Assembly: GCA_965116465.1 (NCBI GenBank)
Contig: OZ220687.1
Coordinates: 2,822,759 to 2,886,758 of the forward strand
DNA from: Acidimicrobiales bacterium
Lineage (GTDB): Bacteria; Actinomycetota; Acidimicrobiia; Acidimicrobiales; CATQHL01
Reading direction: 5' to 3'
DNA length: 64,000 bases
Every line of letters begins with the position of its first letter. Position 1 is the first letter of the stretch. The position numbers were made by a program, and so were the translations under genes. The notes under the pieces are model-generated. The model searched no databases, had not been told where the DNA came from, and saw only the letters and a program-made list of their open reading frames with translations. Below are positions 56,646-64,000 of this stretch, in pieces.

Positions 56646-57656
56646 ATGGCGCGCAGTCTCGCGATCGACCTGGGGACGGCCAACACCCTGGTGTATTCCC
56701 AGGGTCAGGACATCGTCTACCGCCAGCCGACGGTCATCGCCGTCCACCGCCAGACCGGCGAGGTGCTCGCCATGGGCGAGGAGGCGTGGCGCATGATCGG
56801 CCGGACCCCGAGCTACATCGTGGCCCACCGCCCGCTGCGCAACGGCGCCATCACCGACTTCGACATGACCGAGCAGATGATGCGTGCCATCTTCCACCAG
56901 GTCGGCGTGAACCGCTTCAACCGGCCTCGGGTGGTGATCTGCGTGCCCTCGGCGCTCACGCTCGTCGAGATGCGCGCCGTCAAGCTGGCCGCGCGTCGCG
57001 CCGGCGCCGGCAACGTGCTGCTGATGGAGCAGCCGATCGCCGCCGCACTCGGCGCGAACCTGCCGATCGACAAGTCGGTCGGCAACCTCATCGTGGACAT
57101 CGGCGGTGGCACGACCGAGTCCGGGCTCATCTCCCTCGGCGGTGTGGTCGCCCTCGAGGCCGAGCGTGTCGGTTCGTTCGCCGTCGACGACGCCGTGCAG
57201 AAATATCTCCGGGAGACCTACGACGTCGCCGTCGGCGAGCAGACGGCGGAGAAGATCAAGATCACGGTCGGTTCGGCGCTCAACATCGGCAAGGATCGAG
57301 AGATGCAGGTGCGCGGTCGCCGCGTCGCGGTGAGCGCCCCCGAGGTGCTCACGCTCAACTCGGGTGAGATCCGCGAGGCGATCGCCGGTCCCCTGCGGGC
57401 GATCCTCAACTCGATCCTGAATTGCGTCTCCAACACCCCGCCGGAGTTGGCCAACGACATCGCCCGCCGAGGGTTGTTTCTCACCGGTGGCGGCGGGCTG
57501 CTCAGCGGCATCGACCAGCGGATCGCCAATGAGGCCGGCGTCCCGGTGCGGCGGGTGGACTACCCCCTGGAGTGTGTGGTGCGCGGTGCGGGCAGGTCGC
57601 TGGAGGCACTCGACCTCATGCGGGGAATGTTCGTGGACTTCTCCGACGGGGAATGA
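56646..57656 (+). CDS. mreB: Rod-shape-determining actin homolog MreB
   Basis: LAIDLGTANTLVY, VICVPS, EQPIAAALGA, VDIGGGTTE, LTGGGGLLSGID. Confidence 0.93.
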   Translation: MARSLAIDLGTANTLVYSQGQDIVYRQPTVIAVHRQTGEVLAMGEEAWRMIGRTPSYIVAHRPLRNGAITDFDMTEQMMRAIFHQVGVNRFNRPRVVICVPSALTLVEMRAVKLAARRAGAGNVLLMEQPIAAALGANLPIDKSVGNLIVDIGGGTTESGLISLGGVVALEAERVGSFAVDDAVQKYLRETYDVAVGEQTAEKIKITVGSALNIGKDREMQVRGRRVAVSAPEVLTLNSGEIREAIAGPLRAILNSILNCVSNTPPELANDIARRGLFLTGGGGLLSGIDQRIANEAGVPVRRVDYPLECVVRGAGRSLEALDLMRGMFVDFSDGE

Positions 57657-57753
57657 ACTAGAGCAGATCCTCGGCGGAGCTGGCCAGGGTCGGCCGCTGA
57701 GCCGGCGCAGATCTTCTGCTGAACTTGCCGAACTAGAGCAGATCCTCGGCGGA
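57655..57753. repeat. 24-bp perfect direct repeat GAACTAGAGCAGATCCTCGGCGGA (57655-57678 and 57730-57753)
   Basis: The second copy contains the last six codons plus the stop of the minus-strand HEAT gene (SAEDLL*). The first copy overlaps the mreB stop by 2 nt and runs into the intergenic region. The palindrome GCAGATCTTCTGC lies between the copies. Confidence 0.85.
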
Positions 57754-58347
57754 TTGGCGGACCTGCCAGTCCCGATCGCCCGCGGCCCGCTCGAGCGCCT
57801 CGTCGACCTCCGGACCGGAGAAGGCGGCCAGGGCCAGGACGGCTCGGCGGCGCACCGTGGCCCTGTCCCCGGTCGCGGCGAGCACCGCGGCGAGACCCGC
57901 CTCGTCGCCGATCGCGCCGAGCGCGGCGACCGCTGTCTCCCTGCACTGCACATCGGGATGGCTCGTGACGATCTCGCACAGGCGCGACACCATCTCGGGA
58001 GCGGGTGCAGGGTGCTCGCCGCACGCCCAGGCCGCCGCCTCGACCACGCGCGGGTCCCCGTCGCCGAGCGCGCCGGCGAGTGCGATGTCGTCGCGGCCGG
58101 CGGCCAGCTCCGCGGCGTGGGCGCGCACCTCGGGGGAGGGATCCGCGAGGGCTCCGAGGAGATCGGTGGCCTCGAGGGCGCCCCGGCGGGCCAGAGCGCC
58201 GAGCGCGGCGCGGCGCACGCCGGGGCTCGGATCGCCGAGTCCCGCACGGGCGGCGCTCTCGGTGCCGCCGAAGCCGGTCATCGCCACGGCTCGCCGCCGC
58301 CGGAGCGATTCGCCGTCGGGCGGGCGCCCGTCGCCGGTCACCGGCAA
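57733..58347 (-). CDS. HEAT-repeat protein
   Basis: Repeated LGDPSPGVRRAALGAL / LADPSPEVRAHAA / GDGDPRVVEAAAWA / DRDWQVRQSA units. Confidence 0.75.
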   Translation of the reverse strand: MPVTGDGRPPDGESLRRRRAVAMTGFGGTESAARAGLGDPSPGVRRAALGALARRGALEATDLLGALADPSPEVRAHAAELAAGRDDIALAGALGDGDPRVVEAAAWACGEHPAPAPEMVSRLCEIVTSHPDVQCRETAVAALGAIGDEAGLAAVLAATGDRATVRRRAVLALAAFSGPEVDEALERAAGDRDWQVRQSAEDLL

Positions 58348-58387
58348 GGCGAAGTGGCGCCGGCAAACGGAAGCCCGCCGGCGCGGA

Positions 58388-58741
58388 TCATCCGATTACG
58401 GCCTCCAGGGCGATCCCGCCGACGAAGGCGAGGAATCCGACCAGTGCGGCAAGCAGGACCCCGAGGACACCGATGAGCACCAGCAGGGCCGTGGCCGCCC
58501 CGAGCCTGTGCCACCAGCGGAAGCCGGCGCCGGGACCGTAGCGGGCACGCTGGCGGCGGAACGGATCCCACCAGAGCGACGTCGCCGCGTCGGCGTCGCG
58601 GGCCCCCTCCCGGCGAGGTGCAGGAGCGTGCGCCGGCGCCGGGCGCTCGCCGGCGGGCGCGCCCTCTAGCGTGGAGGACGAGCCCGCAGGTCCGGTGGTG
58701 GCGAGGTGTGCGGTGGCCGAGGAGAACACAGTGAAGCTCAC
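58388..58741 (-). CDS. Possible small membrane protein (start uncertain)
   Basis: C-terminal TM helix AATALLVLIGVLGVLLAALVGFLAFVGGIAL. Candidate GTG starts at 58741 or 58729. The longer ORF-track N-terminus overlaps the divergent gene. Confidence 0.35.
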   Translation of the reverse strand: MSFTVFSSATAHLATTGPAGSSSTLEGAPAGERPAPAHAPAPRREGARDADAATSLWWDPFRRQRARYGPGAGFRWWHRLGAATALLVLIGVLGVLLAALVGFLAFVGGIALEAVIG

Positions 58742-58775
58742 GCTAGCGAGCCTGCTGCGCGGATCCCGGCACCGG

Positions 58776-60014
58776 ATGGGGAATCTGTGGCGAGCCGCGG
58801 GGGGAATCGCAACCGGGAGCGGTGCGGCACCGGGGAGCAGTTCGGCACCGGGTAGCGGCGGCCGTGAACCTCGCCGTCGGCTCGGGGCCGTCCTGGCGGC
58901 CATCGCCGCGTGGCTCTGGGCCGGAGTGCGGGGCGCCCCTGGGAGGCTCTGGCGCAGTGCCCGGCGCCACCCGGTCCGCGCCATCGGCGTCGGCGCGGTC
59001 CTGGCCGTCGTCGTGACGGCGCTGCTGGTCCTGACGTTCGTCTCGGCGCCGTATTACGCCTTGTACCCGGGCGATGTCTACTCCGCCACGGGCGCCGTCT
59101 CCTCCGACAGCGAGCCCACCCACGATCCCATGAGCCTCATCGGATTCGTGACCATCTCGGCGCACCGGACCGAGTCGCTGTGGCAATGGGTCGTCGCCTA
59201 CCTCGACGGCTCGGCCACACTCCAGCACGAGGACGTCTTCAACCGGGGGCTGACGCCTCAGGAGCGCCGCAACACCGACGCCCGCCTGATGACCCGATCC
59301 CAGGACATCTCGGTGTACGTGGCGCTGGCAGAACTGGGCTACGACCTGCCCGACTCCCAGGTCGTGGTGGGCGGCCTGATCCCCTGCATGCCGGCGGCCG
59401 AACACATCGCCGTCGGTGATGTGATCACGTCGGTCGGCGGGGAGGCCGTGTCGGAATCGGGTCAGGTCTCCGCGGCTGTTCGGAGCCGCGCGGTCGGCGA
59501 GATGGTCGAGTTCGGGATCCGGCGCCCGGGCGAGTCCCAGAGTGTCCTGGTCGACATCCGGCTGGGGTCGAGCGCCGACGAGTGCATCGAGCCCCCGACT
59601 CGCACCTCCCTGGAGGAGGAACGTCCCCTGCTGGGGGTGATCCTGTCGAACGACGTCGGCGATCTGGAGGTGGACATCGACTTCGCCACCGGCAACATCG
59701 CCGGCCCGTCCGCAGGTCTGGCGTTCGCCCTCTCGGTCGTGGATCTGCTCACGCCCGGTGAACTCACCGAAGGGCGTCCCGTCGCGGTGACCGGGACCAT
59801 CTCCCCGGACGGCACGGTCGGCACCGTCGGGGGGATCGCCCAGAAGGTCCGGGCGGTCGAGCGCCGGAACTTCCGGTTGATGCTGGTGCCGGAGGGGCAG
59901 TACGAGGAGGCCGTCGCGGCCGCCTCCGGGGCGCTCGAGATCGTGGAGGTCTCCTCCATGTCCGAGGCTCTGGGCGTGGTTGCCCCGAACTGGTCTCCAC
60001 CGGAGGGCGTGTAG
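58776..60014 (+). CDS. PDZ-domain protein with a Lon-protease-like (S16) C-terminal domain (YlbL/SdrC type)
   Basis: TM helix, a PDZ segment (GDVITSVGGEAV), and a Lon-like core with NIAGPSAGLAFALSVVDLL...VAVTGTISPDGTVGTVGGIAQK. The start is uncertain (58671, 58731 or 58776). Confidence 0.8.
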   Translation: MGNLWRAAGGIATGSGAAPGSSSAPGSGGREPRRRLGAVLAAIAAWLWAGVRGAPGRLWRSARRHPVRAIGVGAVLAVVVTALLVLTFVSAPYYALYPGDVYSATGAVSSDSEPTHDPMSLIGFVTISAHRTESLWQWVVAYLDGSATLQHEDVFNRGLTPQERRNTDARLMTRSQDISVYVALAELGYDLPDSQVVVGGLIPCMPAAEHIAVGDVITSVGGEAVSESGQVSAAVRSRAVGEMVEFGIRRPGESQSVLVDIRLGSSADECIEPPTRTSLEEERPLLGVILSNDVGDLEVDIDFATGNIAGPSAGLAFALSVVDLLTPGELTEGRPVAVTGTISPDGTVGTVGGIAQKVRAVERRNFRLMLVPEGQYEEAVAAASGALEIVEVSSMSEALGVVAPNWSPPEGV

Positions 60015-60022
60015 CACCTCCA

Positions 60023-60129
60023 GGTGCCCGGTTGCCGGCGTCGCGCATCGTACGATTCTGTTCAGGACCGTCAACCCGTCGCCGATCAACCGCCGGTGCC
60101 CGGTTGCCGGCGCCGCGCATCGTACGATT
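60023..60129. repeat. Two copies of a 35-bp direct repeat GGTGCCCGGTTGCCGGCG(T/C)CGCGCATCGTACGATT (60023-60057 and 60095-60129)
   Basis: One mismatch and a 72-bp period. They lie in the gap between the PDZ/Lon-like stop and the DivIVA-domain start. Each copy ends with a TAnnnT-type hexamer, TACGAT. Confidence 0.85.
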
Positions 60130-60159
60130 GGCGGCGGTGCAGAATCCGACTTGCATGCC

Positions 60160-60858
60160 GTGACCTCAGACGAGGCGCGTCCGGCTCTCCGCCCCGAGGA
60201 GGTGTCCGGGCGCGAGTTCTCCGTCGCCCGGAGGGGCTACGACCGGGCCGAGGTGCGGGCGTTCCTCGAGACCGTGGCGTCGGAGTTGGCGGCGGCGTCG
60301 GAGCTCGTCAGCGAACTCGAACGCCTGGCGGCGCGCGCCGCGGTCGAAGCCGGCGACGCCGATCCGTCGAACACCGAGACGCTGCTGGAGGCCGTCGCGG
60401 CGGAGGCCTGGCGTGACGAAGTGCTGGCCGACCTGGATCGGCGCCGTCGCGAGTTGAACGGTGAGGTGATGCGGCTGCGCGCCGGGCGGGATCGCCTGCG
60501 CGACGATCTGGCGGAGGTGGCGGGCGAGTTGGCCGAGCAACTGCGACGCCTCGACGGCTCGCTGCAGGCCGCCCGGTCGGCCGGCGACCTTGCCGAGCAG
60601 CGGGTGCATGCCGAGGCGTCCCGGACTGCCGAGGAGTGGCGGGCCGAACTGGAGGCGGCGCGTCTCGCCGGGTTCGTGACAGTTGGTGCGGCCGGCGCGG
60701 CCGACCCGCAGGCGCCGGAGGAGGCGACCGAGCAACCGGCGGGTCAGTCCGATGGCGATCCGGCGGGGGATGATGTCGAGGCTCTCGAAGTGGGCCAACT
60801 CTTCGCCCGCCTGCGTGCCGAGCGCGCCGGAGCCCGACCGGGCGATGACCAGCGGTAG
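60160..60858 (+). CDS. DivIVA-domain protein
   Basis: From the GTG at 60160, TSDEARPALRPEEVSGREFSVARRGYDRAEVRAFLETVASEL is the DivIVA N-terminal domain signature, followed by coiled-coil-like sequence. The ORF-track start at 59980 adds an implausible repeat-encoded N-terminus. Confidence 0.8.
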   Translation: MTSDEARPALRPEEVSGREFSVARRGYDRAEVRAFLETVASELAAASELVSELERLAARAAVEAGDADPSNTETLLEAVAAEAWRDEVLADLDRRRRELNGEVMRLRAGRDRLRDDLAEVAGELAEQLRRLDGSLQAARSAGDLAEQRVHAEASRTAEEWRAELEAARLAGFVTVGAAGAADPQAPEEATEQPAGQSDGDPAGDDVEALEVGQLFARLRAERAGARPGDDQR

Positions 60859-61045
60859 GCAGGCGCTCAGGGCGGCTAGAGGCGGCTCGGCGCACTCCCA
60901 TCAGGGCGCCGGTCTCCCGCTCGACGATGAGGGCGCCTGGGGCGGCTCAGCGCCCGGCTCGGCGCAAAACACGGTGACTTGCCGGCCGCCGTGCCGCCGC
61001 TGACGGCGGCGGGCAAACCCGACTGCCCGCAGTAGGCTGCCCGCC

Positions 61046-64000
61046 ATGTCAATGACAGGGCCGCGGGGCCCGGGCGGACCGCGGACGCCTCCTGCTCCCG
61101 CCCGATCCCGGCGCCTGCGGCGCAGCCTGTTCATTGCGATCGCCGCGGTGATCATCGTGCTGGTGTCGCTGCGCGGCGCCGCCAGCTTCTACACGGACTT
61201 CCTGTGGTTCGACGCCCTGGGCCAGGCCGATGTCTGGCGCACCATCATCCTGTCCCGGATCGTGCTGGCCCTCATTTTCATCGCTTTCCTTTTCGCCCTC
61301 CTCTACGGGAACCTCACGATCGCCGACCGGATGGCTCCGGCCCAGCGCCCGGGCGGTCCCGAGGAGGACGTGCTGGCCCGCTACCACGCCTCGATGGGGC
61401 AGCGCCCCCGGCTGGTCCGCCTCGGCGTGACGCTGCTGTTCGCACTCCCGATCGGTGCCGGCGCCTCCGATCAGTGGGAGGAGTGGCTCCTGCTGACCAA
61501 CAGTGTCGAGTTCGGCGCGGTCGATCCCATCGACGCCATCTGGTTCGGCAACGACGTGGGGTTCTACGTCTTCCAGTTGCCGTTCCTCACCTACATCGTC
61601 AACTGGCTGTTCAACGTCTTCCTGTTGACCTTCTTCATCACCGCCATCGCCCACTACGTGAATGGCGGGATCCGCTTCCAGAAGAAGGGCCAGCGCGTCA
61701 CCCCCCAGGTGAAGGCGCATCTCTCGGTGCTGCTGGGGGCGCTCGCACTCATCAAGGCCGCCGACTACTTCCTGGGCCGTTACGAGTTGACGACATCCAC
61801 GTCGGGTGTCGTGGACGGCGCCACCTACACCGACCTGAACGCCCGGCTGCCGGTGCACTGGCTGCTCATCCTGATCTCCCTGCTGGCGTTCGTGCTGCTG
61901 CTCGTGAACATCCGCCTCAAGGGCTGGGTGTTGCCCACGCTGGCGGTGGGACTCTGGGCCTTCGTGGCGATCGTGATGGGGGGCATCTACCCGCTCGTCA
62001 TCCAGCGCCTGCGGGTGGAGCCGGCGGAATCCACCCGTGAGCAGGAGTACATCGAGTACAACATCGCCTCCACGCGCCTGGCCATGGGGCTCGACGACGT
62101 GAAGATCCGCACGTTCGACTCCACCGGGGGGCTGACCTACGACGAGGTTTCCCGCAGCGAGGACATCATCGGCAACCTGCCGCTGCTGGATCCCGCAATC
62201 CTCCCGCTGACCTACGAGAACCGCGAGGGCGAGCGGAACTACTACCAGTTCTCCGAAGTGCTGGACGTGGACCGCTACGAGATCGACGGCCAGGTGACGC
62301 CGGTTGTGCTGGGGGCGCGCCAGTTGAACCCCGGCAACCTCCCGCAGACCTCCTGGGAGGCCCGCACGCTCACGTTCACCCACGGGTTCGGCGTGGCCCT
62401 GGCGCCGGCCAACACCGTGGAGGCGGGGCTGCCCGACTTCCGCATCGGCGGGCTGCCGGTCAGCAACGACCTGGACATCCCCCTCGACGAACCCCGGCTG
62501 TACTACGGCGAGGAACTCGACGGCTACGCCATCGTCAAGACCGACCGCCAGGAGGTTGACGTTCCCACCGCCACCGGCGAGGAGGCGTCCTACACCTACC
62601 AGGGTGAGGGCGGCGTGGAGATCGGCGGCTTCTTCCGCCAGGCGTCGTTCGCGCTGCGGTTCTGGGAGGTGGATCCGCTGCTCTCGGGCTTCATCACCGA
62701 CGAGAGCAAGGTGATCTACGTCCGCGACGTGCGCGCCCGCGTCAAGAAGCTGGCCCCGTTCCTGCACATCGACAACGACCCGTACCCGGTGCTTGCCGAG
62801 GGACGGGTGCAGTACATCGTGGACGCCTACACGACCACGTCGAAATTCCCCTACGGCCAGCGCGCCGACACCGAGCAGCTCGGCGACAACAGCGGCCTGC
62901 GCCACCGCTTCAACTACGTGCGGAACTCGGTGAAGGCCGTGGTGGACGGGTTCGACGGCATCACCACGCTGTACGTCGTGGACCCCGATGATCCCATCCT
63001 GCAGGCCTACCGCAACATTTTCCCGGACCTCTTCGAGGACTTCGAGAACATGCCGGCGGAGCTCATGGAGCACATCCGCTATCCGGAGGATCTGTTCCGG
63101 GTGCAGACCAACGTCTGGGCCCGCTACCAGCTCGACGATCCGCAGGAGTTCTACGAGCAGGCCAAGGGCTGGTCGGTGGCCCAGGATCCCGGCGCCGTCA
63201 CCGGTGTGCTGACCTCGCCGATCACCACGCCCGACGGCATCGTGCAGCAGCCCTCCCGGGAGGCGCGCATCGACCCGTACTACCTGCTGACGCGCCTGCC
63301 CGAGGAGGATGATCAGGACTTCGTCATCCTGCGCTCGTACGTGCCGGTCTCCACCGAGGACACCCGGCGTGAGCTGACCGCCTTCATGGTCGGCAAGAGC
63401 GACCCCGACGAGTACGGCGAACTGGTGGTGTACAAGGTCGAACCGCTCGGCCTGACCGACGGTCCGGCGCTTGTGAACTCGAAGATCCAGAGCGATCCCA
63501 GCATCTCCCGGGTGGTGACCCTCCTGAACCAGCAGGGTTCGCGGGTCGAGTTCGGCGACCTGGTGCTCGTGCCGGTCGATGATTCGATCCTCTACGTGCG
63601 GCCGCTGTACGTGGTGGCGCAGAGCCCGCCGGTGCCCGAGTTGCAGCAGGTCATCGCCGTGCTCGGCGAGCGGGTGGTGATGTGTCCCTCGCTCGACGAG
63701 GCGCTGCGCGGCCTGTTCGGCCTGACCCTGGTGTCGGACTCGCAGGATGCCTCTGCCTCGAGTTGCGTGGGCAACACGGCAGGGCTGGCGGCGGAGATTG
63801 CGGCGGCCGAGCCCGCCCCGGCGCCCCCGGCTCCCGCCGAGCCTGCTCCCGCGCCGCCCGAGCCCGCTCCCGCTCCGTCCCCGCCGGTGCCGCCGGGCGA
63901 TGTTCCCGCAGGGGTCAGCGAACTGCTGGCGGAGGCGGTGACCCTCTTCGCCGAGGCCGACGAGGCGCTGCGAGAAGGGCGCCTCGATCTCTACCAGCAG
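61046..64000 (+). CDS. UPF0182-family large membrane protein; the 3' end lies outside the window
   Basis: Not in the ORF track because there is no stop in the window. ATG at 61046, and the frame stays open for 985 codons to 64000. N-terminus MSMTGPRGPGGPR...LFIAIAAVIIVLVSLRGAASFYTDFLWFDALGQADVW, multiple TM helices and YPLVIQRLRVEPAESTREQEYIEYNI are typical of UPF0182. It lies next to a PDZ/Lon-like gene, as it does in mycobacteria. Confidence 0.85.
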   Translation, partial: MSMTGPRGPGGPRTPPAPARSRRLRRSLFIAIAAVIIVLVSLRGAASFYTDFLWFDALGQADVWRTIILSRIVLALIFIAFLFALLYGNLTIADRMAPAQRPGGPEEDVLARYHASMGQRPRLVRLGVTLLFALPIGAGASDQWEEWLLLTNSVEFGAVDPIDAIWFGNDVGFYVFQLPFLTYIVNWLFNVFLLTFFITAIAHYVNGGIRFQKKGQRVTPQVKAHLSVLLGALALIKAADYFLGRYELTTSTSGVVDGATYTDLNARLPVHWLLILISLLAFVLLLVNIRLKGWVLPTLAVGLWAFVAIVMGGIYPLVIQRLRVEPAESTREQEYIEYNIASTRLAMGLDDVKIRTFDSTGGLTYDEVSRSEDIIGNLPLLDPAILPLTYENREGERNYYQFSEVLDVDRYEIDGQVTPVVLGARQLNPGNLPQTSWEARTLTFTHGFGVALAPANTVEAGLPDFRIGGLPVSNDLDIPLDEPRLYYGEELDGYAIVKTDRQEVDVPTATGEEASYTYQGEGGVEIGGFFRQASFALRFWEVDPLLSGFITDESKVIYVRDVRARVKKLAPFLHIDNDPYPVLAEGRVQYIVDAYTTTSKFPYGQRADTEQLGDNSGLRHRFNYVRNSVKAVVDGFDGITTLYVVDPDDPILQAYRNIFPDLFEDFENMPAELMEHIRYPEDLFRVQTNVWARYQLDDPQEFYEQAKGWSVAQDPGAVTGVLTSPITTPDGIVQQPSREARIDPYYLLTRLPEEDDQDFVILRSYVPVSTEDTRRELTAFMVGKSDPDEYGELVVYKVEPLGLTDGPALVNSKIQSDPSISRVVTLLNQQGSRVEFGDLVLVPVDDSILYVRPLYVVAQSPPVPELQQVIAVLGERVVMCPSLDEALRGLFGLTLVSDSQDASASSCVGNTAGLAAEIAAAEPAPAPPAPAEPAPAPPEPAPAPSPPVPPGDVPAGVSELLAEAVTLFAEADEALREGRLDLYQQ

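Noticed and set aside
59980-60159. N-terminal extension of the DivIVA-domain ORF, which would encode a duplicated peptide RCPVAG(V/A)AHRTI
   Set aside because: The extension would overlap the upstream gene. DivIVA domains normally begin within about 10 aa of the N-terminus, which fits the GTG at 60160. The repeat is better explained as non-coding. GC3 in that frame is fairly high, so the rejection is not absolute.

Overview
This is a high-GC, gene-dense chromosomal segment that looks actinobacterial: two WhiB-family genes, a SenX3/RegX3-like two-component pair, a UPF0182 membrane protein, a DivIVA-domain protein and TatA. I support about 60 protein-coding genes. I recognised no rRNA, tRNA, CRISPR array, transposase or integrase.

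Gene content in order:
- 1-2.7 kb: the 3' end of a type I restriction R-subunit gene, fused in frame to an AlbA_2/Schlafen-type domain. It is followed by a visibly less GC-rich two-gene cassette of unknown function (a multi-CxxC zinc-ribbon protein and a 335-aa protein with an HEPN-like Rx6H motif).
- 2.9-20.8 kb: a long, mostly minus-strand catabolic/transport cluster. It has a Dpp/Opp-type ABC importer with two tandem family-5 binding proteins, a cupin, a CoA-transferase, two adenine-deaminase-family amidohydrolases, a glutamine-synthetase-like ligase, a PuuD-like gamma-glutamyl hydrolase and an orphan BMP-family binding protein.
- 20.8-23.3 kb: a lower-GC islet with a HigA-like HTH gene, an SPPY-type DNA methyltransferase and a translationally coupled putative restriction endonuclease.
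- 23.3-29.9 kb: upp, deoC, an aldehyde dehydrogenase, a catalytic-domain-less ALDH paralog, an NT5C-type nucleotidase, a 2-hydroxyacid dehydrogenase and a class II aldolase.
- 30-39.7 kb: housekeeping genes msrA, folD, icd, mdh, an SCP2 protein, sodA, a DUF368 protein and sdhCAB.
- 39.9-40.9 kb: whiB, tatA, whiB.
- 41-52 kb: a phosphate supercluster (small ORF, ppk1, PHO box, pstSCAB, phoU, surE, senX3, regX3).
- 52-64 kb: an MFS-like protein, a DUF2342-like protein, an SDR, moaE, mreB, a HEAT-repeat protein, a PDZ/Lon-like protein, a DivIVA-domain protein and UPF0182 (runs off the window).

The most interesting signals:
- A homologous Ala/Gln/Glu heptad-repeat module of about 150-175 aa sits between the lipobox cysteine and the ligand-binding domain in three binding proteins of two unrelated folds.
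- The restriction-linked zinc-ribbon plus HEPN-like cassette at 0.9-2.7 kb.
- The restriction-modification islet at 20.8-23.3 kb.
- The gamma-glutamylation-type catabolic operon.

Limits: all calls come from reading the supplied translations and the DNA by eye. Several start codons are uncertain by a few codons. No database search or computation was run.
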